From: Abditibacteriaceae bacterium
GTDB taxonomy: Bacteria; Armatimonadota; Abditibacteriia; Abditibacteriales; Abditibacteriaceae
Reading direction: 5' to 3'
Assembly (NCBI GenBank): GCA_965277285.1
Contig: OZ255721.1
Coordinates: forward strand, 3,662,737 to 3,694,736
DNA: 32,000 nt
Numbering within the stretch: the stretch's first letter is position 1; each line of letters starts with the position of its first letter. The position numbers were made by a program, and so were the translations under genes. Below the pieces are notes generated by a model. It saw only the letters and a program-made list of their open reading frames with translations. It made no database searches and was not told the DNA's origin. Positions 1 through 8,749 of the stretch are shown here, one piece after another.

Positions 1-414
1 TACACGTTGGACGGCTACGACATTCGCAAAAACGTGGTGCTTTTAGTTGGTGAACGCAAACGCGCGCGCGATTGGTTTCGGCGCGAAGAAAACGGCAATC
101 GAGTACTCGATAAAGAATTTCGCTGGCTCAGTGCGCGCGTTCAGCCGCGAATGGTTTATCATTTGAATCGCGCGCGTGGCGATGTCGAAGCGGCGGAATG
201 GTTCTGGAATCGTGTGTGTGAACTGGGCGTTGAAGACGCGCCGCCCGCGCCGCTGTTGATGGGACGGCATCTTTTGGAAATGGGATTGAAGCCTGGCCCA
301 CAAATCGGCCAAATCACGCAAACCGTTTATGCTGCGCAACTGGCGGGCGAACTTTCGACTTTAGAAGAAGCGAAAGCGTGCGCAATTCGAGTACTCGAAT
401 GCGCAAACATTTAG
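1..414 (+). CDS. C-terminal fragment of a CCA-adding tRNA nucleotidyltransferase / poly(A)-polymerase-family protein (5' end outside window)
   Basis: The frame is open from base 1 and ends at TAG 412-414. The tail 'LLMGRHLLEMGLKPGPQIGQITQTVYAAQLAGEL' fits the conserved C-terminal L..G.DL...G..PGP..G..L segment of class II CCA-adding enzymes. The call is from memory of that motif only. Confidence 0.55.
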   Translation, partial: YTLDGYDIRKNVVLLVGERKRARDWFRREENGNRVLDKEFRWLSARVQPRMVYHLNRARGDVEAAEWFWNRVCELGVEDAPPAPLLMGRHLLEMGLKPGPQIGQITQTVYAAQLAGELSTLEEAKACAIRVLECANI

Positions 415-466
415 TTCAGTGGAAATAAATTATGGTGGCGGTTCAATCGGGTTCGCCAAGCTCAAT

Positions 467-1372
467 TTACAAGCGCAGCCAGTTTTCGGGAACGACATCG
501 GAATAATCTTTGTCGTCGTTGAACCAGATGCGCGGTGCGTAAACGCGCTTGTGCGGATCGGGATTGAGCCACGCGCCCCACCAACTGAAAGTGCTGTTGG
601 CGATGATGTGATGACGGCAACTTTTCATCAAGTGCAATTCTTCAACGTCAGTGAGAACGCCGTCTTCATTGACGTAAACCATGCGATGCGGCGATTGAAA
701 ATGCTGTTTGACCCACGCCACATCGTCGCTGAAAACGTAAAACGTCGCGTCTTCGACGTGTTGCGCCATGTCTTTTACAGCATTCTGATAATAATCCAGC
801 GGATTGCGCATCTCGAATTTGTTCAATCCGACATAATCGCCGCGCCGAAAATGAACGGAAACGGCGCGCGTTCGACCAATCTTTTCCAGTACTCGATCGG
901 TGTTTTTCAGATATTCGGCTTTGATTTGCAGGTCGCGCCGGATGGTCGATTCGATGCCGAGAAAATACTTTTCGCTTTGCCAGAAACCTATCAGACGAAC
1001 CGGCGCTTCGAGATCGAGAAGCGCGGCATCGAAGCGCGGACTTTTTTCCCAGAACAAAGGCGCCGAAACCAAAGGCCGTCGCCACAAGCGAGAACGCAAC
1101 TGGCGCGCGACGCGGCGTGCCAGACTTCTCTGGGCTGGCGGCAATTTGAAATGCGAGCGCATCTCTGTTTCCGCCGATGAAGCGAAGTTCAAGTCGTCGA
1201 TTTCCCGACAATCGACATTGAAGTGGAATAATTGCGGATGCCGCTGCCGATGACATTGGAACAATCCGTAATCGACGGTCAACGTTTCGTTGTTGCGCAT
1301 GGCGAGATGTTTTCCAACGGCATATTGAAAAAGCTGATTGCCCAAACCGCCAACGATGCAAGAAATAATCAT
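467..1372 (-). CDS. GT11-family alpha-1,2-fucosyltransferase
   Basis: GT11 motifs are present: 'GGLGNQLFQYA' near the N-terminus, 'HFRRGDYV', and 'ANSTFSWWGAWL'. I place the start at the internal Met (MIISCIVGGLGNQ, codon 1370-1372) rather than the track start at 1441, because GT11 enzymes begin just before GGLGNQ. Confidence 0.85.
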   Translation of the reverse strand: MIISCIVGGLGNQLFQYAVGKHLAMRNNETLTVDYGLFQCHRQRHPQLFHFNVDCREIDDLNFASSAETEMRSHFKLPPAQRSLARRVARQLRSRLWRRPLVSAPLFWEKSPRFDAALLDLEAPVRLIGFWQSEKYFLGIESTIRRDLQIKAEYLKNTDRVLEKIGRTRAVSVHFRRGDYVGLNKFEMRNPLDYYQNAVKDMAQHVEDATFYVFSDDVAWVKQHFQSPHRMVYVNEDGVLTDVEELHLMKSCRHHIIANSTFSWWGAWLNPDPHKRVYAPRIWFNDDKDYSDVVPENWLRL

Positions 1373-1451
1373 AAACTGTCCATCACTCAAAAGAACGTCT
1401 TCGATGGTAACACTTTCAGGCACATCGAGTACTCGATTCAAGATAACTCAA

Positions 1452-2810
1452 ATGCGAAATCTTTCAATTATTGGCGGCGGTTTGGCGGGTTGCGAAGCCG
1501 CGTGGCAAGCCGCGCAAAACGGCGCGCAAGTCGTGCTGTATGAAATGCGTCCGACGCGGCAAACCAAAGTGCACCAAACCGGCGACCTGGCCGAACTGGT
1601 TTGCTCCAATTCGCTGAAATCGAACTTGTTGGACAAAGCAAGCGGACTTCTCAAATGGGAAATGCGGCAATTGGATTCGCTTCTTATTCGCTGCGCCGAC
1701 GAAAGTTCGGTCAATGCCGGAAGCGCGCTCGCCGTTGACCGCATCAAGTTCGCGCAACTGATTACACAACGTTTGGAAGCGCATCCCAGTATCGAAATTC
1801 GGCGCGAGGAAGTGACGCAAATTCCCGAAACGCCGTGCATTGTGGCGTCGGGGCCGCTGACTTCCGAAGCGTTAGCGGACAGCATTAATCGAGTACTCGA
1901 TGGCGAGTTTCTCAACTTCTTCGATGCGGTTTCGCCGATTGTCGACGCCGATACATTGGATTACGAAACGTTGTTTCTCGCCTCGCGCTACGAAAAAGGC
2001 GAAGCGGCGTATTGGAACGCGGCGCTTTCAGAAGAAAAATACGACGAATTGCGCGAGGCGATTTTGTCGGCGGAACTTGCGGAAAGTCACAACGAAGACG
2101 ACGTGCCGTATTTTGAAAGCTGTCTGCCGATTGAAGAACTGGCGCGGCGCGGGCGTTTGACGATGCGTTATGGCGCGTTGCGCGGCGCCGGCTTGACCGA
2201 CCCGGAAACCGGACGCTGGCCGTTCGCCTGCGTGCAATTGCGCTCCGAAAACGTGGAAAACACGATGTATAACCTGGTCGGCTTTCAAACGCGCTTGAAG
2301 TGGCCGGAACAAACGCGTATTTTGCGCTTGATTCCTGGCCTGCAAAACGTCGAAATTGTGCGCTTTGGTGTGATTCACAAAAATATTTTTATCAATTCGC
2401 CGCAGGTTTTGCGCGCGACGTTTCAATCGAAGATGCGCGACGATTTGTTCTTCGCCGGACAACTGACGGGCGTTGAAGGTTACGTCGAAAGCGCGGCGGC
2501 GGGACTTATGGCGGGAATCAACGCCGGTCGAATACTTGATGGGCGCCAAGCCTTAATTTTTCCACGCGAAACCGTTTTAGGTTCGCTGTCTCATTATATT
2601 ACGCAAGCCGATGCGAAACATTTTCAGCCAATGAACTCGAACTGGGCGTTGATGGCACCGCCCGAAAGTTGGTCGGACACGATGCCCAATGGCAAGAAAC
2701 GCAAGGTCAGCAAAGATCAAAAAGCCGAACATTTTGTGACGAGTTCGCAGCAAACGTTGCAGAACTTCATTGAAGAAAACCAGTTGCAACGTCAAAATGC
2801 GACGGTTTGA
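1452..2810 (+). CDS. trmFO: Methylenetetrahydrofolate--tRNA-(uracil-5-)-methyltransferase TrmFO (Gid)
   Basis: The FAD-binding N-terminus 'MRNLSIIGGGLAGCEAAWQAA', 'LVCSNSLKS' and 'FFAGQLTGVEGYVESAAAGLMAG' are typical of TrmFO. The start is taken at ATG 1452, immediately before the GGGLAG fold, and the stop is TGA 2808-2810. Confidence 0.9.
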   Translation: MRNLSIIGGGLAGCEAAWQAAQNGAQVVLYEMRPTRQTKVHQTGDLAELVCSNSLKSNLLDKASGLLKWEMRQLDSLLIRCADESSVNAGSALAVDRIKFAQLITQRLEAHPSIEIRREEVTQIPETPCIVASGPLTSEALADSINRVLDGEFLNFFDAVSPIVDADTLDYETLFLASRYEKGEAAYWNAALSEEKYDELREAILSAELAESHNEDDVPYFESCLPIEELARRGRLTMRYGALRGAGLTDPETGRWPFACVQLRSENVENTMYNLVGFQTRLKWPEQTRILRLIPGLQNVEIVRFGVIHKNIFINSPQVLRATFQSKMRDDLFFAGQLTGVEGYVESAAAGLMAGINAGRILDGRQALIFPRETVLGSLSHYITQADAKHFQPMNSNWALMAPPESWSDTMPNGKKRKVSKDQKAEHFVTSSQQTLQNFIEENQLQRQNATV

Positions 2811-2816
2811 ACGTTC

Positions 2817-2903
2817 GTAGAGCGCACGGCGTGCGTCCGTTAGTGGCAATGTTCACGGCGTTTGGGAAAGCGCAATGCTCAGGGCGCACGCCGTGCGCTC
2901 CCA
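2817..2903. repeat. Pair of self-complementary GAGCGCACGGCGTGCG elements in inverted orientation, in the trmFO-xerC spacer
   Basis: 'gtagagcgcacggcgtgcgtcc' (2817-2838) pairs with 'agggcgcacgccgtgcgctccc' (2881-2902). Each arm is itself a GCGCACG/CGTGCGC dyad. Confidence 0.7.
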
Positions 2904-2917
2904 CCTCAAAACTTCAA

Positions 2918-3973
2918 ATGCACTCTCATCTCGATCATTTCATGCGCTATCTTGAAGACGCCAAAGGCGCGTCGCCCCACACTTTGCGTTCGTATTCCTC
3001 CGATTTGAATCAGTTCATTGCGTGGCTGGAAGCTGAAAAACTGGTGCCCGCCGATGCCGCGCCCGACACCGTCTCATATCTGATGATTCGGCGTTATTTG
3101 GGACATTTGACGCAAAAAGGCTACGAGCGCCGCAGTGTTTTGCGCAAATTGTCGAGCATCAAGGCGTGGTTCAAATGGATGGAACGCGAGGGCGCGGTCG
3201 TCAATAATCCGGCGGATGCCGTGCTTTCTCCCAAAAGTTCGCGCGACTTGCCCGACGTTTTGACGATGAGCGAAGTCGAAGCGATGCTGGCATTGCCCAA
3301 TTCGAGTACTGGATTTGGCGTTCGTGACCGCGCTTTAATGGAAACGCTTTATGCGACGGGTTTGCGCGTGGCCGAATGCGCCGCGATGACCTTGGGCGAT
3401 GTCGATTGGCACATGGGCGAAGTGCGCGTCAAAGGCGGCAAAGGACAAAAAGAACGCATTGTTTTATTGGGACGACCCGCTGTAGCCGCCTTGAACCTTT
3501 ACTTGAACGGAGCGCGTCCGCAATTGATGGCGCGGCGCCAGGACGAACTCGCGGCGACGGCGGATGCGTTGTGGATCAACAGTCGCGGCACAAGGCTTTC
3601 GCCGCACGCGATTTATATTTTGGTTGTCGGATATGCTCGGCGCGCCGGAATTCATAAAAACGTGACGCCGCATACATTGCGCCATTCCTGCGCCACGCAT
3701 TTGCTGGAAGGGGGCGCTGATTTGCGCGTGGTGCAGGAAATTTTGGGACATACGTCGCTTTCGAGTACTCAAATTTATACGCACGTCGGCGCCTCGCATC
3801 TCAAAAAAGTTTATGCGCAAAGCCATCCGCGCGCCGCGCTTGAAAAATCAGCGAACACTTTGCCGCACCACGTTTTGCCGCACCACGTTTTGAATGAGGG
3901 TTCACCCGTTCCACCAACGACATATCCAACGACACCTTCAGCGACGCATGACGAAGATTTCAATTCGTTTTAA
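2918..3973 (+). CDS. xerC: XerC/XerD-type tyrosine site-specific recombinase
   Basis: The N-terminal SAM-like domain is 'YLEDAKGASPHTLRSYSSDLNQFIAWL'. The catalytic region is 'TPHTLRHSCATHLLEGGADLRVVQEILGHTSLSSTQIYTHV' (R..HxxR..Y). It lies directly downstream of trmFO, as in the gid-codV/xerC arrangement known from Firmicutes. The start at ATG 2918 is chosen by homology logic. XerC versus XerD cannot be resolved. Confidence 0.85.
   Translation: MHSHLDHFMRYLEDAKGASPHTLRSYSSDLNQFIAWLEAEKLVPADAAPDTVSYLMIRRYLGHLTQKGYERRSVLRKLSSIKAWFKWMEREGAVVNNPADAVLSPKSSRDLPDVLTMSEVEAMLALPNSSTGFGVRDRALMETLYATGLRVAECAAMTLGDVDWHMGEVRVKGGKGQKERIVLLGRPAVAALNLYLNGARPQLMARRQDELAATADALWINSRGTRLSPHAIYILVVGYARRAGIHKNVTPHTLRHSCATHLLEGGADLRVVQEILGHTSLSSTQIYTHVGASHLKKVYAQSHPRAALEKSANTLPHHVLPHHVLNEGSPVPPTTYPTTPSATHDEDFNSF
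3859..3888 (+). repeat. Perfect in-frame 15-bp tandem duplication (TTTGCCGCACCACGT x2) in the xerC C-terminal tail
   Basis: The units at 3859-3873 and 3874-3888 are identical. They translate as LPHHV-LPHHV in the non-conserved tail. Confidence 0.9.
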
Positions 3974-4058
3974 ATGGCGAAACGACGAAAGCTCAATGAA
4001 AGCCAAGAGCGTGCTATAATGCGTTGATATAACTTCATAAACCGACTGAGAATATTGG

Positions 4059-6395
4059 GTGTATGCGGGCAAAGCGGGAACAGTTGGCATCTTTGTGGTA
4101 AAGACAAAGTGCGGGTTCTCGGATGTCGTCGCGTTTCCGATGCTGCCAGTATTATTTCGCGTCGTTTTTCGAGTTGCTGTTTTCACTGTTATGGCTCAGT
4201 TTTCTTCCTTGTTGGTATCGCTGGGATTGCTTGATCTGCTGTTTGCTTCAGCGGGTCTGCTGCTCACATACTTCGACTGGAGCGCGGCGCGGCGGCGCGA
4301 ATTTCTTTATCTTTATCTCTCGGAAGACAAGCCGGGCGCCGGATATTTTTCGATGGCCCGTCGGCGTCGCGCGCAATATACGCGATTGTTGGTCGCGTTT
4401 TTCGTGCTTTTTTTTGCCGAGTTTTTGACGGTGAACTTGTTTTTTTCCAGCCGCGATGCCGCCAAGTTGGAAGTGTGGGTCGGCTGCTGGCATTTGTTGG
4501 GCCTGGCGTTGCTGGGACTGGGATTTCTCTACAATCCCGAATCGCGTCATAAAAACCGCGCCGATGTTGCTTTCGCCGTGTTCCTTGGGTTCTGGGCGAT
4601 TTATGTCTTGTTGTTGATGACAGGAGTGACGCGGCACTTTCAACAATTTACAGCGGTTGCATTGTATGGCGCGCGCGGTCTTTTGGTGCTGACGTTTATG
4701 CTGACGGCGTGGGCGCGGCGCGGCGCGGAATTGCCAGCGGGCTTGCTGCGCGTTTCTCCCAGTGGGCTGATGATCGCCTTTGGGGCGTGGGCTTTGGCGC
4801 CCGTGGTGGCTTTACTGGCGGGCAACAAGGATTTGCTACTGGTTTCCGAAGCGGCCACCTTGATGTCGTATGCGCTTTTAGTGAGCGCCGTGGCGCGCAA
4901 CACCTTGAGCGAATATGAAGCCATTGAAGGTTCGCGTCATCGTCTGGGGCGCGAACGCCAGGTCATCTTCAGCTTTCTGCAGCGTATCGGCGCGGCCTTT
5001 ACAACGGCGCTCGATCTGGATCAAGTACTCAAAATTATTCTTGAATCGGCGCTGGAAACGACCGAAGCTTCCGCCGGGTCGATCTATTTGTATGATGCGG
5101 AAACGAAAATTCTGGCGCCGCGCATCGTGCTAAATTTTTTTCCGCCGTTGCACGTCGATACGCCAGCCGCCAGTTCGGAACAGCGCACCGAAGAACTCGA
5201 AGCCGAAATGGTTGCGCAAAACTTTGCGCTTGGCGAAGGCGTGATCGGCCAAGTCGCCCAGGAAGGTCGCGCCCGCCTGATTCAAGATGTGCGCGCCGAA
5301 CATATTATGCTGGGCACGACGACCGATTTTATGCGCAATCGCTCGATGCTTTTGGTGCCTCTCAAAGTGCGCGACGAGCCGCTGGGCGTGATGGCTGTTT
5401 TGAACAAGCAGCGCGGTTCGTTCAGCCTTGAAGACCAGTTTTCGTTGCAGGCATTGGCCGATCAGGGCGCGCTTTCCATCAACAACGCGGTCTTGACGAT
5501 GGAAGTCGGAAAGCAAGAGCGCATTCGCCGCGAACTGCAAATCGCGCGCGATATTCAAAAAATGCTCCTGCCCGACAAGTGCCCGATTGTCAAAGGTTTC
5601 GACATCGCGGCGCGCGGCTCCAGCGCCACCGAAGTCGGCGGCGATTATTACGACTTTTTTTGGGTCGATGAAGACCGTTTGGGCATCGTCGTCGCCGATG
5701 TTTCGGGTAAAGGCGTTCCCGCCGCGCTCACTGTGGCGATGATGCGCAGCGTTTTTCGCACGCAGGCGACGGGCAATTGCGATGTGCGCGATGTCTTGTC
5801 GCGCGTCAACGCGTTTATGACTGGCGATATGCGCCGCGATATGTTCATTACGTGCATTTACGGCATTTTACAGATTTCGACGCGCCAGTTTTCCTGGTCG
5901 CGCGCGGGACACGAGCCGCTTTTAGTGGCGCACGATTCGGGCGAAATCGATGTCTTGAAGCCGGAAGGTTTCGCGCTGGGTATCATCGATTCACCGGATT
6001 TCGATCAACTGCTGGATGTCCATACGATTGATTTGCAGTCGGGCGATCGCGTCCTGATTTTTACCGACGGCCTGACCGAAGCGATGAACGCCAACGGCGA
6101 AGAGTTCGGCATGGAACGCATTTTGGGCATTCTGAAACACGACGACCCAATTTTCGCCGAAGTCGAACAACGCGCGCGCAATGGAAAACACCATGGCACA
6201 AACGCCGCTCAAGCTCTGGAAGACGAATTGAATGAAGAAACCGGCGCCACGAAAATTCACAAGCCGCCATGCGCTCCCGAACTGACATCAGAGGACCCGG
6301 ACGATCTGAAATGGATGGAATTGGCCGTCGAAAGCCACGTCGGCGGTGCCCCTCAAAGCGACGACCTGACCATTGTTTATTTCAGCGCAAAGTAA
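4059..6395 (+). CDS. Polytopic membrane GAF-domain PP2C (SpoIIE/RsbU-type) serine phosphatase
   Basis: The first 270 aa or so form multiple hydrophobic helices. A GAF-like segment follows ('LDQVLKIILESALETTEASAGSIYLYD...MLLVPLKVRDEPLGVMAVLN'). The SpoIIE/PP2C core is 'ELQIARDIQKMLLP...GGDYYDFF...VADVSGKGVPAAL...IFTDGLTEA...DDLTIVYF'. The start is uncertain (4059, 4140 or 4191). Confidence 0.85.
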   Translation: MYAGKAGTVGIFVVKTKCGFSDVVAFPMLPVLFRVVFRVAVFTVMAQFSSLLVSLGLLDLLFASAGLLLTYFDWSAARRREFLYLYLSEDKPGAGYFSMARRRRAQYTRLLVAFFVLFFAEFLTVNLFFSSRDAAKLEVWVGCWHLLGLALLGLGFLYNPESRHKNRADVAFAVFLGFWAIYVLLLMTGVTRHFQQFTAVALYGARGLLVLTFMLTAWARRGAELPAGLLRVSPSGLMIAFGAWALAPVVALLAGNKDLLLVSEAATLMSYALLVSAVARNTLSEYEAIEGSRHRLGRERQVIFSFLQRIGAAFTTALDLDQVLKIILESALETTEASAGSIYLYDAETKILAPRIVLNFFPPLHVDTPAASSEQRTEELEAEMVAQNFALGEGVIGQVAQEGRARLIQDVRAEHIMLGTTTDFMRNRSMLLVPLKVRDEPLGVMAVLNKQRGSFSLEDQFSLQALADQGALSINNAVLTMEVGKQERIRRELQIARDIQKMLLPDKCPIVKGFDIAARGSSATEVGGDYYDFFWVDEDRLGIVVADVSGKGVPAALTVAMMRSVFRTQATGNCDVRDVLSRVNAFMTGDMRRDMFITCIYGILQISTRQFSWSRAGHEPLLVAHDSGEIDVLKPEGFALGIIDSPDFDQLLDVHTIDLQSGDRVLIFTDGLTEAMNANGEEFGMERILGILKHDDPIFAEVEQRARNGKHHGTNAAQALEDELNEETGATKIHKPPCAPELTSEDPDDLKWMELAVESHVGGAPQSDDLTIVYFSAK

Positions 6396-6413
6396 GAATG
6401 TGGAAAAGCCGAA

Positions 6414-6450
6414 AGCGCACTATCAAGTACTCGATAGTGCGCTCTTTTTA
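6414..6450 (+). terminator. Rho-independent terminator whose loop is the iterated palindrome
   Basis: The stem 'agcgcactatc' (6414-6424) pairs with 'gatagtgcgct' (6433-6443) around 'aagtactc', followed by 'ctttttat'. It begins 19 nt after the phosphatase stop. Confidence 0.7.
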
Positions 6451-6535
6451 TGTATTCATAAACTGATTTCACTTGTTGCTGAAAGAGGTCTATAAGCAAT
6501 TCGGTGCAGAGGCTTATTGCGTTATGTTGGAAAAT

Positions 6536-7009
6536 TCAAGGGTTGTCTAAATCTTCCTCGAACTGGGTTGTGAGTACTTGTCGATCATCGTCTCGCGGAC
6601 GAAGTCCGATGCGATAATAGAGCGCTTTCGCCGCAGTGTTGGCAGGGCTAACCTCAACATGAAGCGCGAGGACTTTTCGCTGTTTGCACTCAGCAAAAAG
6701 TGCTTCTAATACAGCTTGTGCCAAACCTCGTTTACGATAGCTTGAACGAATGAACAAGTCATCAATGAAGGCATCAAGTCCACCATATTCCATGCTGAAG
6801 CGCACAGTGAGTACGGTGTATCCGGCTGGTTTGTCGTCGCAAAAAACAATCCATGACGCACCATGAACTTCATTGCCAAGAAGTGCGGTGAAGCTTTCAG
6901 TCGCCCATCAGTGATCGAGCGAATGAGCGGCTTCAGAGTAAAACTCCTGCATCATTTCAACGAGAAGAGCAATATCTTTTGTATTGGCTCTTCGGACTGA
7001 GATAGGCAT
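6536..7009 (-). pseudogene. GNAT-family N-acetyltransferase interrupted by one in-frame TGA
   Basis: The minus-strand reading from ATG (7007-7009) gives 'MPISVRRANTKDIALLVEMMQEFYSEAAHSLDH*WATESFTALLGNEVHGASWIVFCDDKPAGYTVLTVRFSMEYGG...'. It continues in the same frame into the track ORF 6536..6805, which carries the acetyl-CoA motif 'RKRGLAQAVLEAL'. The TGA is at 6908-6910 and there is no frameshift. Confidence 0.7.
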
Positions 7010-7097
7010 AAATAGAAAGTATCGAGTGTGACCAATCCGCCGCACAATGTTAATATCACAGCAGCGCAACGATAATGCGTAAGAGGCTCATCTGGTT

Positions 7098-8075
7098 TTA
7101 TCCAGAATCGGGCTGTCCTCCACTTGCGCGGTTAGACTTTCGAGTACTCGATTTCTTCGCTTTCGTTTCGATTGACACGTTTTGGCACGTCGGGCAAAAG
7201 TAGATGATGCGGGATTTTTCGTCGTCCTCGATGATGCGCGTAACCTGGCGCTTCTGGCGAATGGTGTCGCCGCAGAAAAGACATGGCAAGTTAGTGCGGC
7301 GAAACGCCAGGTGGCGCGTGCCGTATTCGCGTCCCGCAGCGTAAACCATGTTGTCGTTGGTGCGCATTCGTTCGCGTTGTTCGTCATCGGCTGTCGCACC
7401 GTTGTTTTCATAAGCGTAAGAAGCGATGCGCGGAATTTCTCGAACCAGGCAATCGAGTTCGTCGCGCGGAAGTTCGGCGATGCGCGCGAACGGATTGATC
7501 TTGCACAACAGCAAAATTTCGGCGCGCAGATAGTTGCCGATTCCAGCGCAAACTGTTTGGTCGAGCAGGGCAGCGCCAATTTCTCGCGCGCCGTCTTCGC
7601 TTTTTTCGCTCGACAACAAGCGTTTCAGAAACTCGTGTTCGTCGAAGGCGCCGTCGTCTTCATACGGCAAAATATCGGGGCCGAGATGACGCAGATATTC
7701 GACATCGCGGAACGGCTGACCGTGACCGATTTCAAAAACCGGCGCTGACATCAAAACCGCGTGATGATCGTTGGTCGTGATGCGCGCTCGTTCGCGGCGG
7801 TCACGTTCGAGTACTCGATGAACGTTTTCGACGATCTGCCAACGTCCCCACATCATCAAATGCGAGTAGAAATAAAAGCCGCCTTCAATCTGTGCGACCA
7901 GGTTTTTGCCATGCGCTCGCACGCGCGACACTTTGCGCCCGACCAACTCATCGGGATGTTCCAGCAGCCACGCTTTAGCGGCTTTGGTGCGCGCGCCGAT
8001 TTCGACGATGGCGCGCCCTTCCAAAACCTGCGCGAGTTGAACGGCATAACGCCGCACTTCAGGGCCTTCGGGCAT
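7098..8075 (-). CDS. nei: Endonuclease VIII-like (Nei/Fpg family) DNA glycosylase/AP lyase
   Basis: The N-terminal 'MPEGPEVRR' contains the catalytic Pro2/Glu3. 'YSHLMMWGRWQIV' resembles E. coli Nei 'YSHNQLYGVWRVV'. The H2TH segment 'AGIGNYLRAEILLL' and the C-terminal zinc finger 'CLFCGDTI...YFCPTCQ' are present. A GGAGAA RBS lies upstream. Confidence 0.85.
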   Translation of the reverse strand: MPEGPEVRRYAVQLAQVLEGRAIVEIGARTKAAKAWLLEHPDELVGRKVSRVRAHGKNLVAQIEGGFYFYSHLMMWGRWQIVENVHRVLERDRRERARITTNDHHAVLMSAPVFEIGHGQPFRDVEYLRHLGPDILPYEDDGAFDEHEFLKRLLSSEKSEDGAREIGAALLDQTVCAGIGNYLRAEILLLCKINPFARIAELPRDELDCLVREIPRIASYAYENNGATADDEQRERMRTNDNMVYAAGREYGTRHLAFRRTNLPCLFCGDTIRQKRQVTRIIEDDEKSRIIYFCPTCQNVSIETKAKKSSTRKSNRASGGQPDSG

Positions 8076-8082
8076 AAAGAAA

Positions 8083-8155
8083 GTTCTCCGTTTTAAGTTC
8101 TCCGTTTTAAGTTGAGGCCGACTTAACTCAAAATTGAGAACTTAAAACGGAGAAC
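8083..8155. repeat. Tandem 14-mer GTTCTCCGTTTTAA x2 plus an inverted third copy (hairpin between the DUF442 gene and nei)
   Basis: 8083-8096 and 8097-8110 are identical, and the reverse-complement copy lies at 8142-8155. The first copy supplies the nei GGAGAA ribosome-binding site on the minus strand. Confidence 0.8.
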
Positions 8156-8158
8156 TGA

Positions 8159-8617
8159 TTAACGTTCTCCCGCCGAGTGACGACGCAAGTAATCTTCAAA
8201 GAAAGCGCGATACGGCGAGGTTTCGGAGGGTGCGAGATCGCCCATTTCTTTTCCGGTTTGAAGAGCTTGCGCGATTGACCAGCCGTGTTTGACCGCGAGA
8301 TGCAACAGCGTCATCATGCTGGCGCGACCGGCGCTTTTGCAATGCACCAATGCGGGCGTGCCGTCCACGCTTTCCAAAGCCTGCGAAAAACGCGCGACGG
8401 CGGGATCGTCCAGCAAAGTCGGCGAAACCGGAATGGCGGCGTAATTCAAGGCGCGACTTTCAACTTCGCGCTCTTCGTCAGGCAAAATGCCGGGTTCGTC
8501 TTCGGTGCGCAAATTGACGACGGTACGAAAACCTTTCTCCACCAGAGAATCCAAATCTTCGGTGGTCGGCTGGCCGGAAATCGAAATTTGTGCGTTGATC
8601 TGTCGAAAGTTGTCCAT
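8159..8617 (-). CDS. DUF442 / beta-lactamase-hydrolase-like PTP-fold sulfurtransferase-phosphatase domain protein
   Basis: 'ISGQPTTEDLDSLVEKGFRTVVNLRTEDE' and the Cys loop 'VHCKSAGRAS' fit DUF442. The start is taken at Met18 (8615-8617), preceded by AAGGAG on the minus strand. Confidence 0.7.
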   Translation of the reverse strand: MDNFRQINAQISISGQPTTEDLDSLVEKGFRTVVNLRTEDEPGILPDEEREVESRALNYAAIPVSPTLLDDPAVARFSQALESVDGTPALVHCKSAGRASMMTLLHLAVKHGWSIAQALQTGKEMGDLAPSETSPYRAFFEDYLRRHSAGER

Positions 8618-8749
8618 GAAACTCCTTATCGAGTACTCGATTGTGTACGCGTGTGTGTGGGAACGCATTGCAGTTTAGCGTGCTTCCTATGATAGAATAA
8701 GAGCGCCGAAAACAGTTCGTCGTTGGTAATTTTGTTCGTGGAGAAACCT

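Noticed and set aside
419-1180. 253-aa + strand ORF, plus 666..1361(-) and 900..1253(+)
   Set aside because: They lie antisense to, or out of frame with, the GT11 fucosyltransferase gene, which has clear family motifs. They are arginine-rich, low-information translations typical of shadow ORFs in GC-rich DNA.
2918-3973. The tyrosine recombinase as a marker of an integrated mobile element
   Set aside because: It has the XerC/XerD housekeeping signature and sits in the conserved trmFO-xerC arrangement. No flanking direct repeats or cargo genes are evident. It is also more than 6 kb from the duplicated segment at 10351/11702.
6908-6910. In-frame TGA in the GNAT gene as a sign of an alternative genetic code or selenocysteine
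   Set aside because: TGA is used as a normal terminator here (trmFO 2808-2810, GT2 25557-25559). No SECIS-like hairpin follows the codon. The second disrupted gene uses TAA. Pseudogenisation or a sequencing error is simpler.
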